Shown here: piece after piece, positions 42,546-56,734 of the stretch
Layout of the letters: every line of letters begins with the position of its first letter
Position numbering within the stretch: the first letter of the stretch is position 1
Assembly: GCF_006345805.1 (NCBI RefSeq)
Contig: NC_043008.1
Location: 24,862,001 to 24,926,000, forward strand
From: Octopus sinensis
Taxonomy: Eukaryota
Reading direction: 5' to 3'
Length of the DNA stretch: 64,000 nucleotides
The notes under the pieces: model-generated
What the model was told of the DNA's origin: nothing
The model's input: only the letters and a program-made list of their open reading frames with translations
Databases searched by the model: none
Made by a program: the position numbers and the translations under genes

Positions 42546-42609
<64 letters not shown>

Positions 42610-42612
<3 letters not shown>

Positions 42613-42752
42613 CTACATTATTTACATTTGACGAATACTTGTCCTCATTTTGTTTATTGTGAAAAACGTTTCGGCTGATATACCTTCCACCCTTCATCAG
42701 GTGCCTTGAGGAAATTTCGAACCTGGGTTCTCATTCCTAAGGTATTTTTCAA
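42610..42752 (-). mobile_element. Third copy of the hammerhead retroposon body
   Basis: Minus: gaacccaggttcgaaatttcc..cac-CTGATGA..cagcc-GAAACGTT..gatgaggacaa-like tail. Confidence 0.8.
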
Positions 42753-43059
42753 TCCTCTTCTTCTTCTTCTTTTTCTTCTTTTCCTCCTCCTCCCCCTTCT
42801 CCTCCTCCTTCTCCTCCTCCTTACGTTACACACACACACAATATTATGTCTAGCAATGCTGCTGCTGACTAGCACCTTCCATCACTTTAGTGATGCCTAT
42901 ACTTGTTGACTTTCGATTGTAAATTGGGGATAGCCACCTTAATAATTTATATGTGTGTGTGTGTGTATATATTCACTTACGGCCACACACGTTGAATGCA
43001 CTGGTTCTAGCTAGTACTTAGATGGGTTGCCGCTAAAGATACCTAGGTACTGTAAGCAT

Positions 43060-43327
43060 AAGGTGAAGGTGCATAGCTCAGTGGTTACAGCGTCGGGCTC
43101 GCAATTATGAGGTGATCAGTTCGATTCCCGGACTGGGATGTGTTGTGTTCTTGAGCATGACGCTTTATTTCGTGTTGCCCCAGTTCACTGCGTTGCGAGG
43201 TGCAAAGAGCTGTATTGGCCTATGCCTTTCTCTCGGATAACATCGATATCGTGGAGAGTAGAGGCTGGTATCCATAAACAACCTTGCTGGGATTTGTGTT
43301 CTGGATGGGAGCTTACTAGGTGCAATG
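43060..43327 (+). mobile_element. tRNA-derived CORE-like SINE
   Basis: tagctcagtggtta A-box, agttcgattccc B-box, ttcttgagca CORE-like segment. Confidence 0.8.
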
Positions 43328-43392
<65 letters not shown>

Positions 43393-43762
43393 TGTGTGTG
43401 TGTGTGTGGTGAGAAGTGGAATTCAACTGGCGACCGCAGAAGCTGCCATCTACTTTTGTTTTTAGAGTATGAGGCGGACAGAAAGAGAGTTTGTTAAGGA
43501 ATAGAAGAAAGGAGAAATTTTCCTCAAGTGGAGAGAAGCGCTTAGAGCATTTTTCTTGCTTTATTATTATGCGATGCCTTCTTATTTTGAGAGGACATAT
43601 GAAAGAGGTCATATATAATTCACTTTGTTTCCTGTTGGGATGTCCTAGTAGATGCAAGTAGCTCCAAATACCTTTTTTTCGCTCTTACTGGAGGTTTTAT
43701 ATATATATATATATATACGATCGATTTTCTTTTCTTTTTAACAATTGAGAAAAGATGTGACG

Positions 43763-43823
<61 letters not shown>

Positions 43824-43945
43824 AGAGAGAGAGAGAGAGTGCCGGGGCAATGAAAACCCCGGGGTAATTTAAAACTAAAATAACCAGTAACAGTACGATC
43901 GATATTTTGTAGTTTCTTTATGGTTAACAGTGGTGTTAGGAAGAG

Positions 43946-44015
<70 letters not shown>

Positions 44016-44060
44016 CAGCTAACTCGAGATGATACTAGGAATGGAAAAATGAGGGGGAAG

Positions 44061-44125
44061 AAAGGAGGAGAAAGATGTTCTTAGCTTGTCGTCTCGCCAA
44101 GCTAAGAACATCTTTCTCCTCCTTT
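44061..44125. repeat. Perfect 28-bp inverted repeat with 9-nt spacer
   Basis: aaaggaggagaaagatgttcttagcttg / caagctaagaacatctttctcctccttt. Confidence 0.95.
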
Positions 44126-44139
44126 AATAATAATAATTT

Positions 44140-47100
44140 AACATTACTTGAAAAGGTAGTGGGTAGCGATCTTCTTCACTACTTCAGTGAGTGACGACCC
44201 TGCCTGACACGAGTTCCGGGCTCAGCTGGCTCCGGCTGACAGTACCCGGTATTGGCCCCTATCCAGGGTTACGGAAAGTAGACAACCTTCAAAGAAATCC
44301 GGAGTGTAGCCCCGAAGGCGGTTTAGTGTTCGCCTCGACACTCTTCTGGCAGCTCCTGCAACCAAGCTGGTGCCAAACGTAATGCACTGCACTCCTTTGG
44401 ACTACATCAGCAAGGTCGAGAGAGGAAACCTGACGATTGGGCTACCCAGGACTTTCTAATCTCTAGCCTAGGCCTGCGCAAAACTGGAGAGGACACTTCA
44501 GTGCTGCTGTAAAAAGCTGCAGAAACAACACGGGAGGTAACAGTCACGAGTGATAAGTCCATTCAGATTGGCGTAAAATATGGGCGCTACGGGTTACCTC
44601 TGACGGTGGGAGGGACCTCCGTGTCCTATTGGTTAGCTACTGCCCACCTCAAGCTGGGCAGCCCCCTGTTAATAAGCTACTGACCCGCCACAGGCCGCCT
44701 GCTTCATTGGGTGCTTGGAGCTAAGAGTATGACTTGAAAAGCGGCCTGCAACCTCTGCACCAGACAAACAACTAAAAGTCAAGAAACCACCAGTCCTGCG
44801 GTTGGCAAGCTTTAATGTCAGGACCATGTGCCCTGGAATACCTGATGATCTACTCAGGGTTGAAGACACAAGGAAAACGGCCATCATTGACCGTAAACTA
44901 AAGAGGCTCAACATAAACATTGGTGGGCTACAGGAGACAAGACTTCCCTCAAACGGCAAACTCAAAGAGCAGGATTTCACCTTCTTTTGGCAGGGAAGCG
45001 ATCCAGAAGAACCTTGTCAACATGGCGTTGGCTTTGCAGTGAGAAACTCATTACTCTCCTCAATAGAACCACCATCAGGAGGCACTGAGCGTATCCTCTC
45101 ACTGCGCCTCTCGACTTCTTCTGGCTCAGTACATCTACTCAGCATCTATGCTTCCACTCTCTACAGCTCAGAGGAGACCAAGGACCAGTTCTACAAAGAT
45201 CTCAACTGTATCATAGAAAATATACCAACAACTGAAAATATCTACCTTCTAGGGGATTTTAACGCTCGCGTGGGATCTGACCATGATTAATGGCCCATTT
45301 GTGTTGGACACTTTGGTATTGGCAACATGAATGACAATGGTCAGAGACTACTCGAATTCTGCACATACCATAACCTGTGCATCACAAACACATTCTTTAC
45401 CAACAAGCCATCCCACAAGACATCTTGGAGACATCCAATATATCTTCATTACACGGAGATCCTTTCTGAATTCTATTCTATTGACCCGCAGTTACCACAG
45501 CGCGGATTGTGACACAGACCACTCACTAATTAGAAGTAGGGTGAGGATTCTGCCTAAAAAAGTCCATCACTCCAAGAAAGTGGGCCGACCACGCATTAAC
45601 ACTGCCAGAACCTCGGACCCTACACTGCGAAAATGTTTTGCTGCTTCTATCAAGGTTGCCCTAGGTAAGCTGCCCAACCTCCTCTGCTGAAAGTAGGTGG
45701 AACTATATCAGGGAAGCTTTGTATACGACATCAATAGATACTTTCGGCATGAGAGAAAGGCAAAACTCAGATTGGTTCAATGCTGGGCTCTCAGAGCTGG
45801 AGCCAGTTATCGAAGCAAAGCGTGCAGCTCTGATGCAATACAAGAGGGACTCTTCTACAAAGTCACTCGAAGAACTCAGAAAGGCACGAAATAAAACCCA
45901 ACTGACAGCTAGACGCTGTGCAAACAGGTATTGGCAGGAAATCTGTAAGAGTATCCAGTCAGCTGCTGACAGGGGCGACACCCGTGGGATGTATGCCGGT
46001 TTGAAGAAGGCCCTCGGTCCATCCGCAACCAAGTCAGCCCCTCTGAAATCAACTACTGGAGATCTCATCAGGGATCAAAGCAAGCAAATGGATAGATGGG
46101 TGGAGCACTACCAGGATCTCTACTCACGGGAGACTACAGTGGCTGAGGATGCAGTCGAGAGTGTCAAGATCTTGCCAGTCATGTGCGAACTTGACAGTCC
46201 GCCATCTATAACAGAGCTCACCAAGGCTGTTGACTCCCTAGCAAGAAACAAGGCTCCGGGAAAAGACGGCATTCCCTTAGAGATCATCAAAGCCGGCAAA
46301 AACACCATCCTGCTTCGGCATCTTCATGAGCTTCTGTGTCAGTGCTGGGAAGAGGGTACAGTCCCTCAGGATATGCGGGATGCTAACATCATTACGCTTT
46401 ACAAAAACAAAGGTGACCGTGGTGATTGTAACAATTACCGTGGAATATCTTTGTTAACTAAGCACTGTTGGAAAGACCTTTGCCCGCGTTATCCTGGCCA
46501 GGCTACAACTACTTACTTCTCGAATCTATCCGGAATCGCAGTGTGGCTTTAGAAGAAGCATATCAACTATCGATATGATATTCTCCATACGCCAATTTCA
46601 GGAGAAGTCCAGAGAGCAGAAAATGCCACTATATATGGCCTTCATTGATCTAACAAAGGCCTTCGACTCGGTAAGCAGAACAGGCCTCTTCCTCCTGCTC
46701 CAAAAAATCGGATGTCCACCAAAGCTGCTGAGGATCATCAAGTCTTTCCATGAGGACATGCAAGGCACCATAGAGCACAACGGTTCAACATCAGCCGCTT
46801 TCCAAATAAAAAACGGGGTAAAGCAAGGTTGTGTCCTCGCTCCTACATTGTTTGGCATCTTCTTCTCGCTCTTACTCTCACATGCCTTTCAGACATCAGA
46901 TGATGGAGTGTTTCTGCACAGTAGAAGTGACGGGAAACTGTTCAATCTCTCGCCCCTGCGTGCCAAGACCAAAATCAGAAACGTCCTGATCAAGGAGATG
47001 CTATTTGCTGATGATGCCGCTCTGGTATCACACACAGAAGAATCCCTCTAAAGGCTCATTAACTGTTTTGAGCAAGCATGTAACGACTTTGGCTTAGCTA

Positions 47101-48012
47101 TCAGCCTTAAGAAGACCAACATCATGGGTCAGGCTACATCGGACATCCAAAACATACATATTGGAGACCACAGATTACAAGAGATGGAGAAATTTACCTA
47201 TCTTGGCTCTACCGTCACCTACAACCTATCCCTTGACGCTGAGCTCAATATATGCATTGGCAAGGCAGCTGCTGCGATGGCCCAACTCTCCAAACGGGCA
47301 TGGGACAACAATAAGCTGACCAAGACCACGAAAATGAAGATCTATCAGGCATGTGTACTTTGCACTCTACTGTATGGAAGTGAGACTTGGACGCTATACA
47401 CGCGCCAAGAGCGTCGCCTAAACATCTTTCACCTGCGCTGCCTCCGGATAATTCTCCGCATCAAATGGCAGAATCATATCCCCAACAAAAATGTCCTCAG
47501 GCAAGCAGGAATACCAAGCATGTTTGCACTCCTCACACAAAGACGTATGAGATGGCTTGGGCATGTTAGCCATATGAAAGATGGCAGAATCCCCAAGAAC
47601 ATACTCTACGGAGAGCTTGCTAGGGGTACTAGGTCTGTGGGTAGACCGTTCTTACGTTACAAGGATGTTTGCAAAAGGGACATGAAGGCCTGCAACATCA
47701 ATATTAGCGGTTGAGAGGCAGTTGCCGGCAACCGTGCAGGCTGGCGACGTACCGTAAAAGAGGGAATACAAAGGAGTGACAGAGAGAGAGAGGAGAAATG
47801 GAAAGACAAGAAAATACGTCAACAAGAAACTATGGCATTACAACCAGCCAGGAACAGTCTTCGCTACATTTGCGGTACCTGCCAGAGGGACTGTTTGTCC
47901 AGGATAGGACTACACAGCCACAGCAGGAAATGTATCTGGACATGAAATGTAAAAGCCGGACTAGACTACTTTATGCGCAACTCCATTCCGAGACAAAAAG
48001 GATGCCAACAAC
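44140..48012 (+). mobile_element. Near-full-length RTE-clade LINE with disrupted ORF
   Basis: APE (ASFNVRT, GLQETRL, HGVGFAV, GDFNARVG, DTDH), RT (YRGISLL, FIDLTKAFDSV, GVKQGCVLAP, LFADD), WLGHV, terminal CGTC..HSHSRKC finger; several stops and frameshifts; caacaac tail. Confidence 0.95.
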
Positions 48013-48877
48013 TATATATATATATATAAGCGTATTTCTATTTACATATATGGAATTACGTGTTTTATCTTTCTATCTCCTTCTGACATGCCCTCATTCA
48101 GTTACATTCATCTCTATCCCATTATTTTCTCTTTGTTTATTTACTCCCATCGAATGCAATATGTTGTATCGAATGTAATATGTAAATAAACAGAGTGGAT
48201 ATTTAAGTGAAAAATGAATTTTCAAGAAAAATATAGTGCACCATTTTGTGCCAACGAATCTGGAAGGTTTAAGATGCATCTTGTTTTGAGCAACTGAAAA
48301 ATTATTGCTGAAGTAGGATGTACACCAGAACCATTTTACTATGTTGTCGAGCTGGCCTTCTTCTGCAGTCGCAAACCCGATAAATCTTTATTTCTTGAGA
48401 AGAAAAATTAGTACAGTTTGCAGATATTTATATGAAAATATATTCCTTAAATGAGCATAACGCAGAGTGCAATAGTTTTTAACGACGAATACGCTAACTT
48501 CGAATGACGTGTAAATAGGTTTAAAATTAGAATGCATGGATGGCTATTCTGTGAGGACGTATATAACTTCAAAAACTAGAATCAATAAGGTTCTCTGCTT
48601 TATGGAATGTTTTTGAGGAAAACGATATTCATAACAGTGCAGATGCGTATCATCACAAATGATAAAGCATATCTAGTCATTAATATGAAACACACAATTC
48701 TGAATTTGGTTTTAAGAATTACAAAAGGTTTACTGACATATTCCAGTACAAATTCAGTTGTCTGGCATGCAGGACTGTACCGCAGGAGGTAAAACGAAAT
48801 GGTAAAACCATAACAGCAAACAGTTTCGAAATAACTTCTTCACTGGAATCATAATATGCATCTTCTCTTAAATATTG

Positions 48878-49277
48878 ATTTCAGATTTTAGCACAAAGCC
48901 AGCAATTCCAAGGGTGTTTTAAGTCGATACATCGCCCCTATTACTTGCCTGATACTTATTTTATCGACTCTTGAAAGAATGAAAGGTCAAGTCGAACACG
49001 GGGGAATTTGAATTCAGAATGTAAGGCCGGATAAAATACCACTAAGCATTTCGCCCGACGTACTTCTGTCAGCTCACCGCCTTATCTTCCCTTAAATATT
49101 CTTTTCTACTCAACTCACATCGATCCCAGTACGCATCTGGTATTTAATTTACCGACCCCGAAAGGATGGAAGGCAAAGTCGACCACGGCCAAATTTGAAC
49201 TCAGAACGTAAATACAGACGAAATACCGCTAAGCATTTCGTCCGACGTGCTAAAGTTTCTGCTAGCTCGTCGCCTTA
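48878..49277 (-). mobile_element. Two tandem SINEs of the 3148 family
   Basis: Heads end at ~49084 and ~49277 (reverse of taaggcg..gagct); shared aagtcga..acgg..atttgaa.tcagaa. Confidence 0.85.
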
Positions 49278-50099
49278 TCTTTCCTTAAATATTAAGAAAT
49301 GAAATATACAACACTATATTGACATTTTCATAAGTTTGAAAATATGAATATTACTTAAAGATGGTTGGTAATCATTGTTTTTAAAAAATATTTTACGCAG
49401 TTAGATACCTGAGTACGAATGGTTAAACATATTCATAGTTCATCAATCGACAGCTTTTTTATAATTATGTAAATACTAATTATTTAGCTGGTGGTAGCAT
49501 GCTTTCATCTTAAGAATTAAAACAAATATAATAAGCAATTTCTTTACGTTTCCCCAAATCAATTGCTGTGTTATATTTATAAGTTAGATGGGGTCTACGA
49601 AAACCTGTTGGTGTTTTGTGTAGCCATAAATATCTTTGCGTAGTTATATTCTAATCAGACGACTTGTAATAATCTTAATTTCCGCTAATTTAATTTAGTA
49701 ATAACTGACTGGCGCCTCTTTTGTCTTCAATTTCTCCTGAAAAATTTTGCTGGAACCGTTCGTATAGATAGCCATTTACAACGCTATCTATTTCGTCATG
49801 ATCAAATAGATAGTTGAAAGACATTGTCGGTAGAAGTATCGTAGCAAACCAAATAGAAATACCGTAATGGAATTGCAGTTCAGATACTCATGACCATATA
49901 TATACACATAATCACCTATATGTTTAGTTATTTGCATATCACCCTATACCAATTTATATAAATTCGAATCAGAATATACATGAACATATGCAAGAATGGA
50001 AATTTACAATGGAATCTAGTTGGTGCAGAAATAAGCAATCGATGTGATGTGTCTCAGTATTATGTTTAAGAACAAATTTCAGCAGGAAGATATGGATCT

Positions 50100-50150
<51 letters not shown>
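50100..50150. repeat. (AATC)n microsatellite
   Basis: Direct reading. Confidence 0.95.
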
Positions 50151-53100
50151 TAAGAATGGTCGGAATATATTCCAATGACAACAACTGATTGAAAGTGTAA
50201 ATATTTCCAGCCAGCAATCACAAGATCACGAATCCTAATACTAGTGAGTTTAATATAGTTTATTCTGACCTTATGATATTAGTGTCAAATGAAGTAGAGA
50301 TAATTGAATGATTTATCATAAATTCACGATCTTCAAACTTCAGGCAGATATTTTATTTGATATAGAAATTAATGGAATAGACTACTTTCTTCTGTTTTCT
50401 TTAAATCATAGAAATAATTCAACTTGAGATGCAACCTTCTAATAACCTAAAAAACATAACATTTATAAAACTAGTATTTAAAAAAAACTGAAGTCTTGAA
50501 ATAAACCTACCCGAATATATATATATATATATCCTGCAATGTGCTTTTGATCTCAAATCACATTCAAATTGAATTTCCATTACAAAACATATTCCTTAAT
50601 CTGTTTTAATTTCTTTAGCTACATACGATTTTGTAACTTTTCAAAGGAAAAATATAATTTCTATACATAGTAATCAACTTTAATTTGTGTTGTAGCAAAT
50701 CTATAGTAACCTCTATGGAATGTTAAAAGCTCTTCAACTTCTAAATACTACAAGATAGAGATATTCAATTGTTCTTCAACACATCTGTATCTGTATCTGT
50801 ATCTGCTGCATCTGTATCAACAAAGATAATGTCACAAGATAGCTTCGAAATCGTCGAAATATACCTATTAATAGTTCTAGTATCATTCATTTTATCATCA
50901 TCAAAGATGTATAACAATATCATTATTTCGTACTGCCATTCTACCTACAGTGGTTCGAACTATAGTACATTTTCCCTCTACGTATCTACTTCTCATAGCT
51001 TAAAATAGAAAACTTTACGTTATCACCTATTGTTCAAGAAAATCACACTTAGTCATCTTGTTGTTATAAATTAGCGTCAAATACTATTGATCTTTTAATA
51101 TTTCTCTAAGCTTATGTAGACAATATATTAACTCTTTAATATAGTTGTTAAAAGCTCTTTAACTTCTAAATACTAGTCTGACAAGTATCAAGCTTTAAAA
51201 AATATTCTTATAAACACATGTTCGACTTTGTTTAAGTTGAAATGATGTACAATATTAGAGAGCAGTAATCAAAACTGAATGGAGACTGCTGGATTATAGG
51301 GATCTAAATAACTTAAAATGCAGTATAATGAAGCAAGTATCACCTGTAAGGAATTAAATAATAAACATAAAAGAGCATTAATCGGTGTGCAAGAAATTAT
51401 GACAAACTACCTTCGAATTATATTTATAACCTTAAAATATAAGGCATTTTAAAAATGGATTTGTAAGAAAATCTATCAGGCAAAAAAAGAGATGGTCAAG
51501 GACTTAACGTCTGTGATTACGGATCCCAATACAGTCCTTGAAGGATAACAATATAAGAAGTAATATTTAATTAAAGGGATAACGTCTATATGGTCCATTT
51601 ATCTACTAGAAATAGCATCTAGATGTTGCTTAAACCACATCTTGAGTATATGATAATTTCGATTATATTATTCATGATACGCTATGCGTAAAAGGGAAAT
51701 TACAATTCTTATAGCTTGAATTGCCTTACTCTGAGGTTCGCCAAATCTGGATAGTTTTGGGTATAAACTACAAAAGAAACCAAACTAGCATTATATTTTA
51801 CAGCCTATAGAGATTATAAGAATTTTTCTCTATTGTTCACAGAGAGTGAAATTAAATCATCGACGTTAGACAAAATTCATTTCTCTTTCAACGTTGTTCT
51901 AAGGTACTTTGAGTTAAGTCTACGTTAGTGCAAATATTAAGTCTCCAGTTTGATTGCCTATAACGTTTGGGCCTCTGTAAAGGATAGACGCTACACTTAC
52001 TGCCCTGACATTGCCACTTTAACAATTAAATTATCTATTGCAGGTGTTCTCTTGTGTTTCTGGACAGAATACGTTAATCGTTTCTATTTACGAAATTGGT
52101 TAGAACAAGAAGACGAATTTCTGTGAACATATCAACAAAACTAATTACAAGTGGAGGGAAGAGGAAAAGTGAAAATAATAGTGCGTTCAAGTAACTGACT
52201 TGCTATTTTAGATATATTTCTTTTGGTTCTGAGTTAAACTCTTGCCGGGGGTTGAAGTTCTTTTTGAACTCTGGAGATGCTAAGACTGGGACTGGCTTAG
52301 TTCTGTATGCCTTCCATATTATATTTAAGTGTTTGCAATGCAGATTAAAATCAATAAGGTGTCAAACTGATGGTATGTAATCAATTACTGAAATTCTAAC
52401 CTTATCTGGTTATTTGATGCAATAAGAATTTATCTTAATAGAATGTTTTCAAGTACTTTTTTCTAAACTATAGTACGTATTCATTAGAAATAATTCAAAA
52501 CTTCAGTCAGAGACCTTCATTAAACTCCCACAAAATTTATGTAACCAATAAGAACCGAAACCGATTAAAGCAATTTCACGCATCAAAACATCAGGAAATA
52601 AAATATCTATCTTAAATAGATTATTTCGCTAAATAAATCCTTAAACATTATTGGTCATACATTCATCTAATAGATTTTGTTAATGTGATGCTGTGAAAAG
52701 TTTAATGTAAGATGCTCAATGTCTTTTAAATCATTATCATATATGGTAGTGTGACAGAATATTTCTAAGGATTTATACATAATTAGAGAGTAAGCGTGTG
52801 TTACAAGAAGAGTGAAGACAACCTAAAGCGACATGAAATCGTGATACCCCCGAACAATCTTCACAGCAAGACTAAATTTATTTACATACGCATAATAAAT
52901 TAATCTTTACTAAGAATCATGACTTAAACAGCTTATATCTAATTTTTTAAGACTGCTTTCATGTTAGTTGTTCATTACTTTTCCGTTTAATGTATACTTA
53001 ATAAAAAGTCTAAGTACTACACATTTTAAATTTATCTAAAGTTTTAATTTAATTATAAATCATTAAGAGTACCTTTATGGTTCGACAAAGAATGATTATC

Positions 53101-55110
53101 GTTCGTTATAACTTTCACACCACAACTTAAGAAAGAAACCCATAATTGTAATTAATTATTTAAAAAAAAAAATTCTCTCAAAATGTAACTTATTAAAACT
53201 AAATATTCTAATTTCTACTAAATAATGCAACAATTTGTTACAATTCATTGTTTTATTGATGTCTACCACCATCACAAAGTTGTGAAGAGGAGTTTATTGA
53301 CCTAAATCGATTACGGTACGTTACTGGTGTTTATATTAAACACCTTCAGGTGACTGAGTAGCAAAACCTTCTACAGCCGAATTTTAACATGGAAGCCCAA
53401 TGAGATTGGTTAAACCCTATTATGGTTCATTATGATTAAAGATAAATTTTGCTAGAATGGTAACAACGCCAATCAAATGTTTTCTACATCTCGGTATATT
53501 TACAGTCTATGGAAATATATGCAACAATGTTGTTCCGTTTCCCAAACGTAAAACATCTTATATCTTAAATACAGCCGGTATATATCAGAAAAAATCGTAA
53601 ATAATAATCTATTATCGTGGGTTTTCTTCATCCTCTTTATTATTATAGTAACTGTTTCAACAAATCCAAATCCTCCAAGGGTCTGTTTTCTTACGGTTAC
53701 ATTATCTGTAGTTTTTATGTAAAAGACATATGCACAAGAATCTTTTAACAAACAGATTCCTTACGAGCCAGACTACCGAATTTGCCTAAATTAATATATA
53801 TGAAAATATGAAGTTGTTTAAGAAATAGAATTTATACATGCTCAGATCATAGTTAAAAATGAATTTTCTTTTAATAGTAAAGTAGGATATGGGCCTGCCG
53901 ATATTTAATGGGACAGCGTTTTTTGAAAGTGGTGCAACTAATTTTCCAGAGCTACATGGTTGTTTTGAAGCTGTATCAAGTATTACTGAAAAGTGTTGTG
54001 TAATGTTCTAGTTAACGGCTGGAGTAATTTAACAATGGTGTTAATATTCAGAATAGGGTTAGCGAATAATTCACTATCAAAGAAATATGGTGGGTAGCCA
54101 ACACAGTCAAAATCGTATGATTGCAGACATTACCATTTAATAAAGGTGACAGAAAGATTTCTTATTAAAGGTAATGCGATAGAAATCATATCATCTGATA
54201 GTAGATCAAAATACTTTCGCAGAAGCCAGATTTGCAACCATTTTGCTGGCAAAAATTGAATATACATTGCTATAACTCTATACGGTCGCTTCGGGATTAT
54301 TCTCCGGATATGTTTAATAAAAGTGTTTTTGTTTTTTTCCTTTTTTTTTTGCTTCAATCATTACACATTCTAGCTACTGTGTATTAAAAGAATCAATATC
54401 GTCTGAATTTTATATTAGAATATCCATCGATTTACCATTTCTCAACGGGGAAGCAAACCATCGATACAGATTGTCTACAAAATTTTCCTTCCACGCAAAC
54501 TTATACTACCTTTAAAGAAGTTATCGGTAGCATTTTGCAATTTGGCTCAGAATGAGATTACAAACATACAAAAATATAAAAGCCAGAAAATAAAATAATA
54601 AATTTAAAAAGTTTTATTAAAATTTGGTATTGATATTCATATGTTTACAACTTGGTTTTAATAAAGAATACATTTGAACGGCGTATTCTCCTATACATTT
54701 AACCAACATGAACAAGTTAACGTAGAAGCGTATTTCCACATAACAGGTCTTACGTACACGATTATATCCAATGATTTCATTGTTGTGATAATGTTCAATT
54801 TACCTGCTTGGTAGTTTGTAAATGGACTGAAATGAACTTCTAACAATCTTATTGTAGAGGTTGTTGTTTTTCTAAGCGTAATATGATTTACTTACAAACG
54901 TGCACATAACCTGTCTTTCCCTCTTTCAACACTTTCTCCCTCCTCTCTTAGTTCCTCAATTCTCTCCTCTTACACTCACTCCTTTCTCTCCTCTCCATCT
55001 CTCTTTTTCTCTCGTTCTCTACCTGTCTCGCCTTCTTGTAATAGTATATCCTTACTGACAATTCTATAGCTTTAACAACTCGTATCCGAAGTGTAAAAAA
55101 TTATAATGGA

Positions 55111-55545
55111 TAAGGCAGCGAGCTGGTAGAATCATTAGCACGCCGGACAAAATGCTTAGCAGCATTTCACCTGTGTTTACGTTCTGAGTTCAAATTCCGC
55201 CGCGGTCGACTTTGTATGTTATCCTATTGGGATCGATGAAATAAGTACCAGTTAGGCATTGGGGTCGATATAATTGACTTGCTCCTCCTCCAAACTTACT
55301 GGCCGTGTGCCTAATTTTGAAACCGATATTATGGATAAGGCGGCGAGCTGACAGAATCGTTTACACGCCGTTTAGCGGCATTTCGTCTATCTTTAAGTTT
55401 TGAGTTCGAATTCTGTCGTAAACAACTTTGCTTTTTATACTTTCGGGGTTCATAAAACAAGTAACAGTTGAGCACCGGGGGTTAATGTACTTGACTTAAT
55501 CCCTACCCCGAAATTACTGACCTTGTGCCAAAATTTGAATCAAAA
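55111..55545 (+). mobile_element. Two tandem SINEs of the 3148 family
   Basis: taaggc.gcgagctg heads at 55111 and 55336, each with a gagttc.aattc B-box and gtgcc.aa.tttgaa tail. Confidence 0.88.
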
Positions 55546-55784
55546 TTAATCATGGATGCATAGATATATCTTACGTGAGTATTTTTTGGTATTTTGATAA
55601 AAGTGGTATATTCAAATATCTTGTCTACATTTCATATATATATATATGTGTGTGTGTGTGTATGTGTGTGTGTGTATGTGTGTGTGTGTATGTGTGTGTT
55701 GTGTGTGTGTGTGTAGATACAGAAATAGACAGAAAAATAGATAAATATACACATACAGACACACATACACACATGTATATAGTC

Positions 55785-56393
55785 TGCGAGTAACTTATAG
55801 AAATCTGACATTATGTGAGGCAGTCCCAGATGGTTCCATTGAAGGTTTCCTAACTCAAGATGAGTGTTGATTTTATCATTTGGAACCAGAGCCAAAGAGA
55901 CAATTCATACTGTGGAAACACTCCTCTTCACCTATTCCAAAGTAGGCCATGGTCGCTTCATCTGCAGTGGCGGTGATGGCCTCAGATTTTTGGGGGGAAT
56001 GCAAAATGTATCCTCAACGAAGAGACCAAACGCTCAGGTAAACTGGCGAAAGGGGTCTTGTTTCATCAGGACAATACTCCAACACACAAGTCTTTGGTGT
56101 CAATGGATGCTGTGCATGACTGTTGCTTTGAATTGGTTGATCACCCTCTCTATTCTCCAGATTTAGCCCCATCAGGTTATCATTTTTAACCCCACATGAA
56201 AAGCCACTTGGCTGGAAAACAGTATCGCAGTGCTAGTGACTATTTTTGACCAACACGATGAAAGCTTCTTCAGCAATGGGATCCAATGGGATCCAAGCCT
56301 GCGACACCATAAGAGGGACTATGTTGAAAAATAAATCTCATTTGATCACATTCTGTGATTGGTCAAACTATGAAGTTTTCAGCCTATCCGCGT
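55785..56393 (+). mobile_element. Degenerate mariner, 3' part
   Basis: KGVLFHQDNTPTH..DHPLYSPDLAPSGYH; right TIR-like end complementary to the TIR at 37508. Confidence 0.85.
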
Positions 56394-56457
56394 TCTCAAA
56401 GAGAAATTAGAAAAACAGATTTTAAATTAATACTGATCAAGAGAGATTGACAGACAT

Positions 56458-56680
56458 ATATGAAGGAGTGCTGAAAAGTTCCTGGGTTTAAGGGTATCGT
56501 GAAAAGACTTGGCCGGAGACTCAACCTTCCGAATTCTTTTACAGAGCTTAGAAAAACTGAATGACCGCTGTAATAAGTGTGGGAATCTGAAAAGGGAATA
56601 TATTGAATAAAATCATAATCAACTGATTCTGCTGTATTTTTCTACCCAAAGCCAGGTAAGTTTCAGCACTCCCTTGTATA
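56458..56680. mobile_element. Mariner-derived MITE
   Basis: TIRs tatgaaggagtgctgaaaagttcctgg / ccaggtaagtttcagcactcccttgta flanked by TA. Confidence 0.8.
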
Positions 56681-56734
56681 GTAATGAGAATCAGACAGGC
56701 AGATAAATAGAGGGGTGAAAGTGTTTTATGTGCT

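Noticed and set aside
43750-43872. gtgacga-(GA)n-GAAA-accccggggt-a as a hammerhead
   Set aside because: C3 missing and stem II replaced by microsatellite; only the palindrome is suggestive
44140-44730. HDV-like ribozyme in the RTE 5' UTR
   Set aside because: Known for some RTEs, but I could not trace the nested pseudoknot by eye; needs a descriptor search
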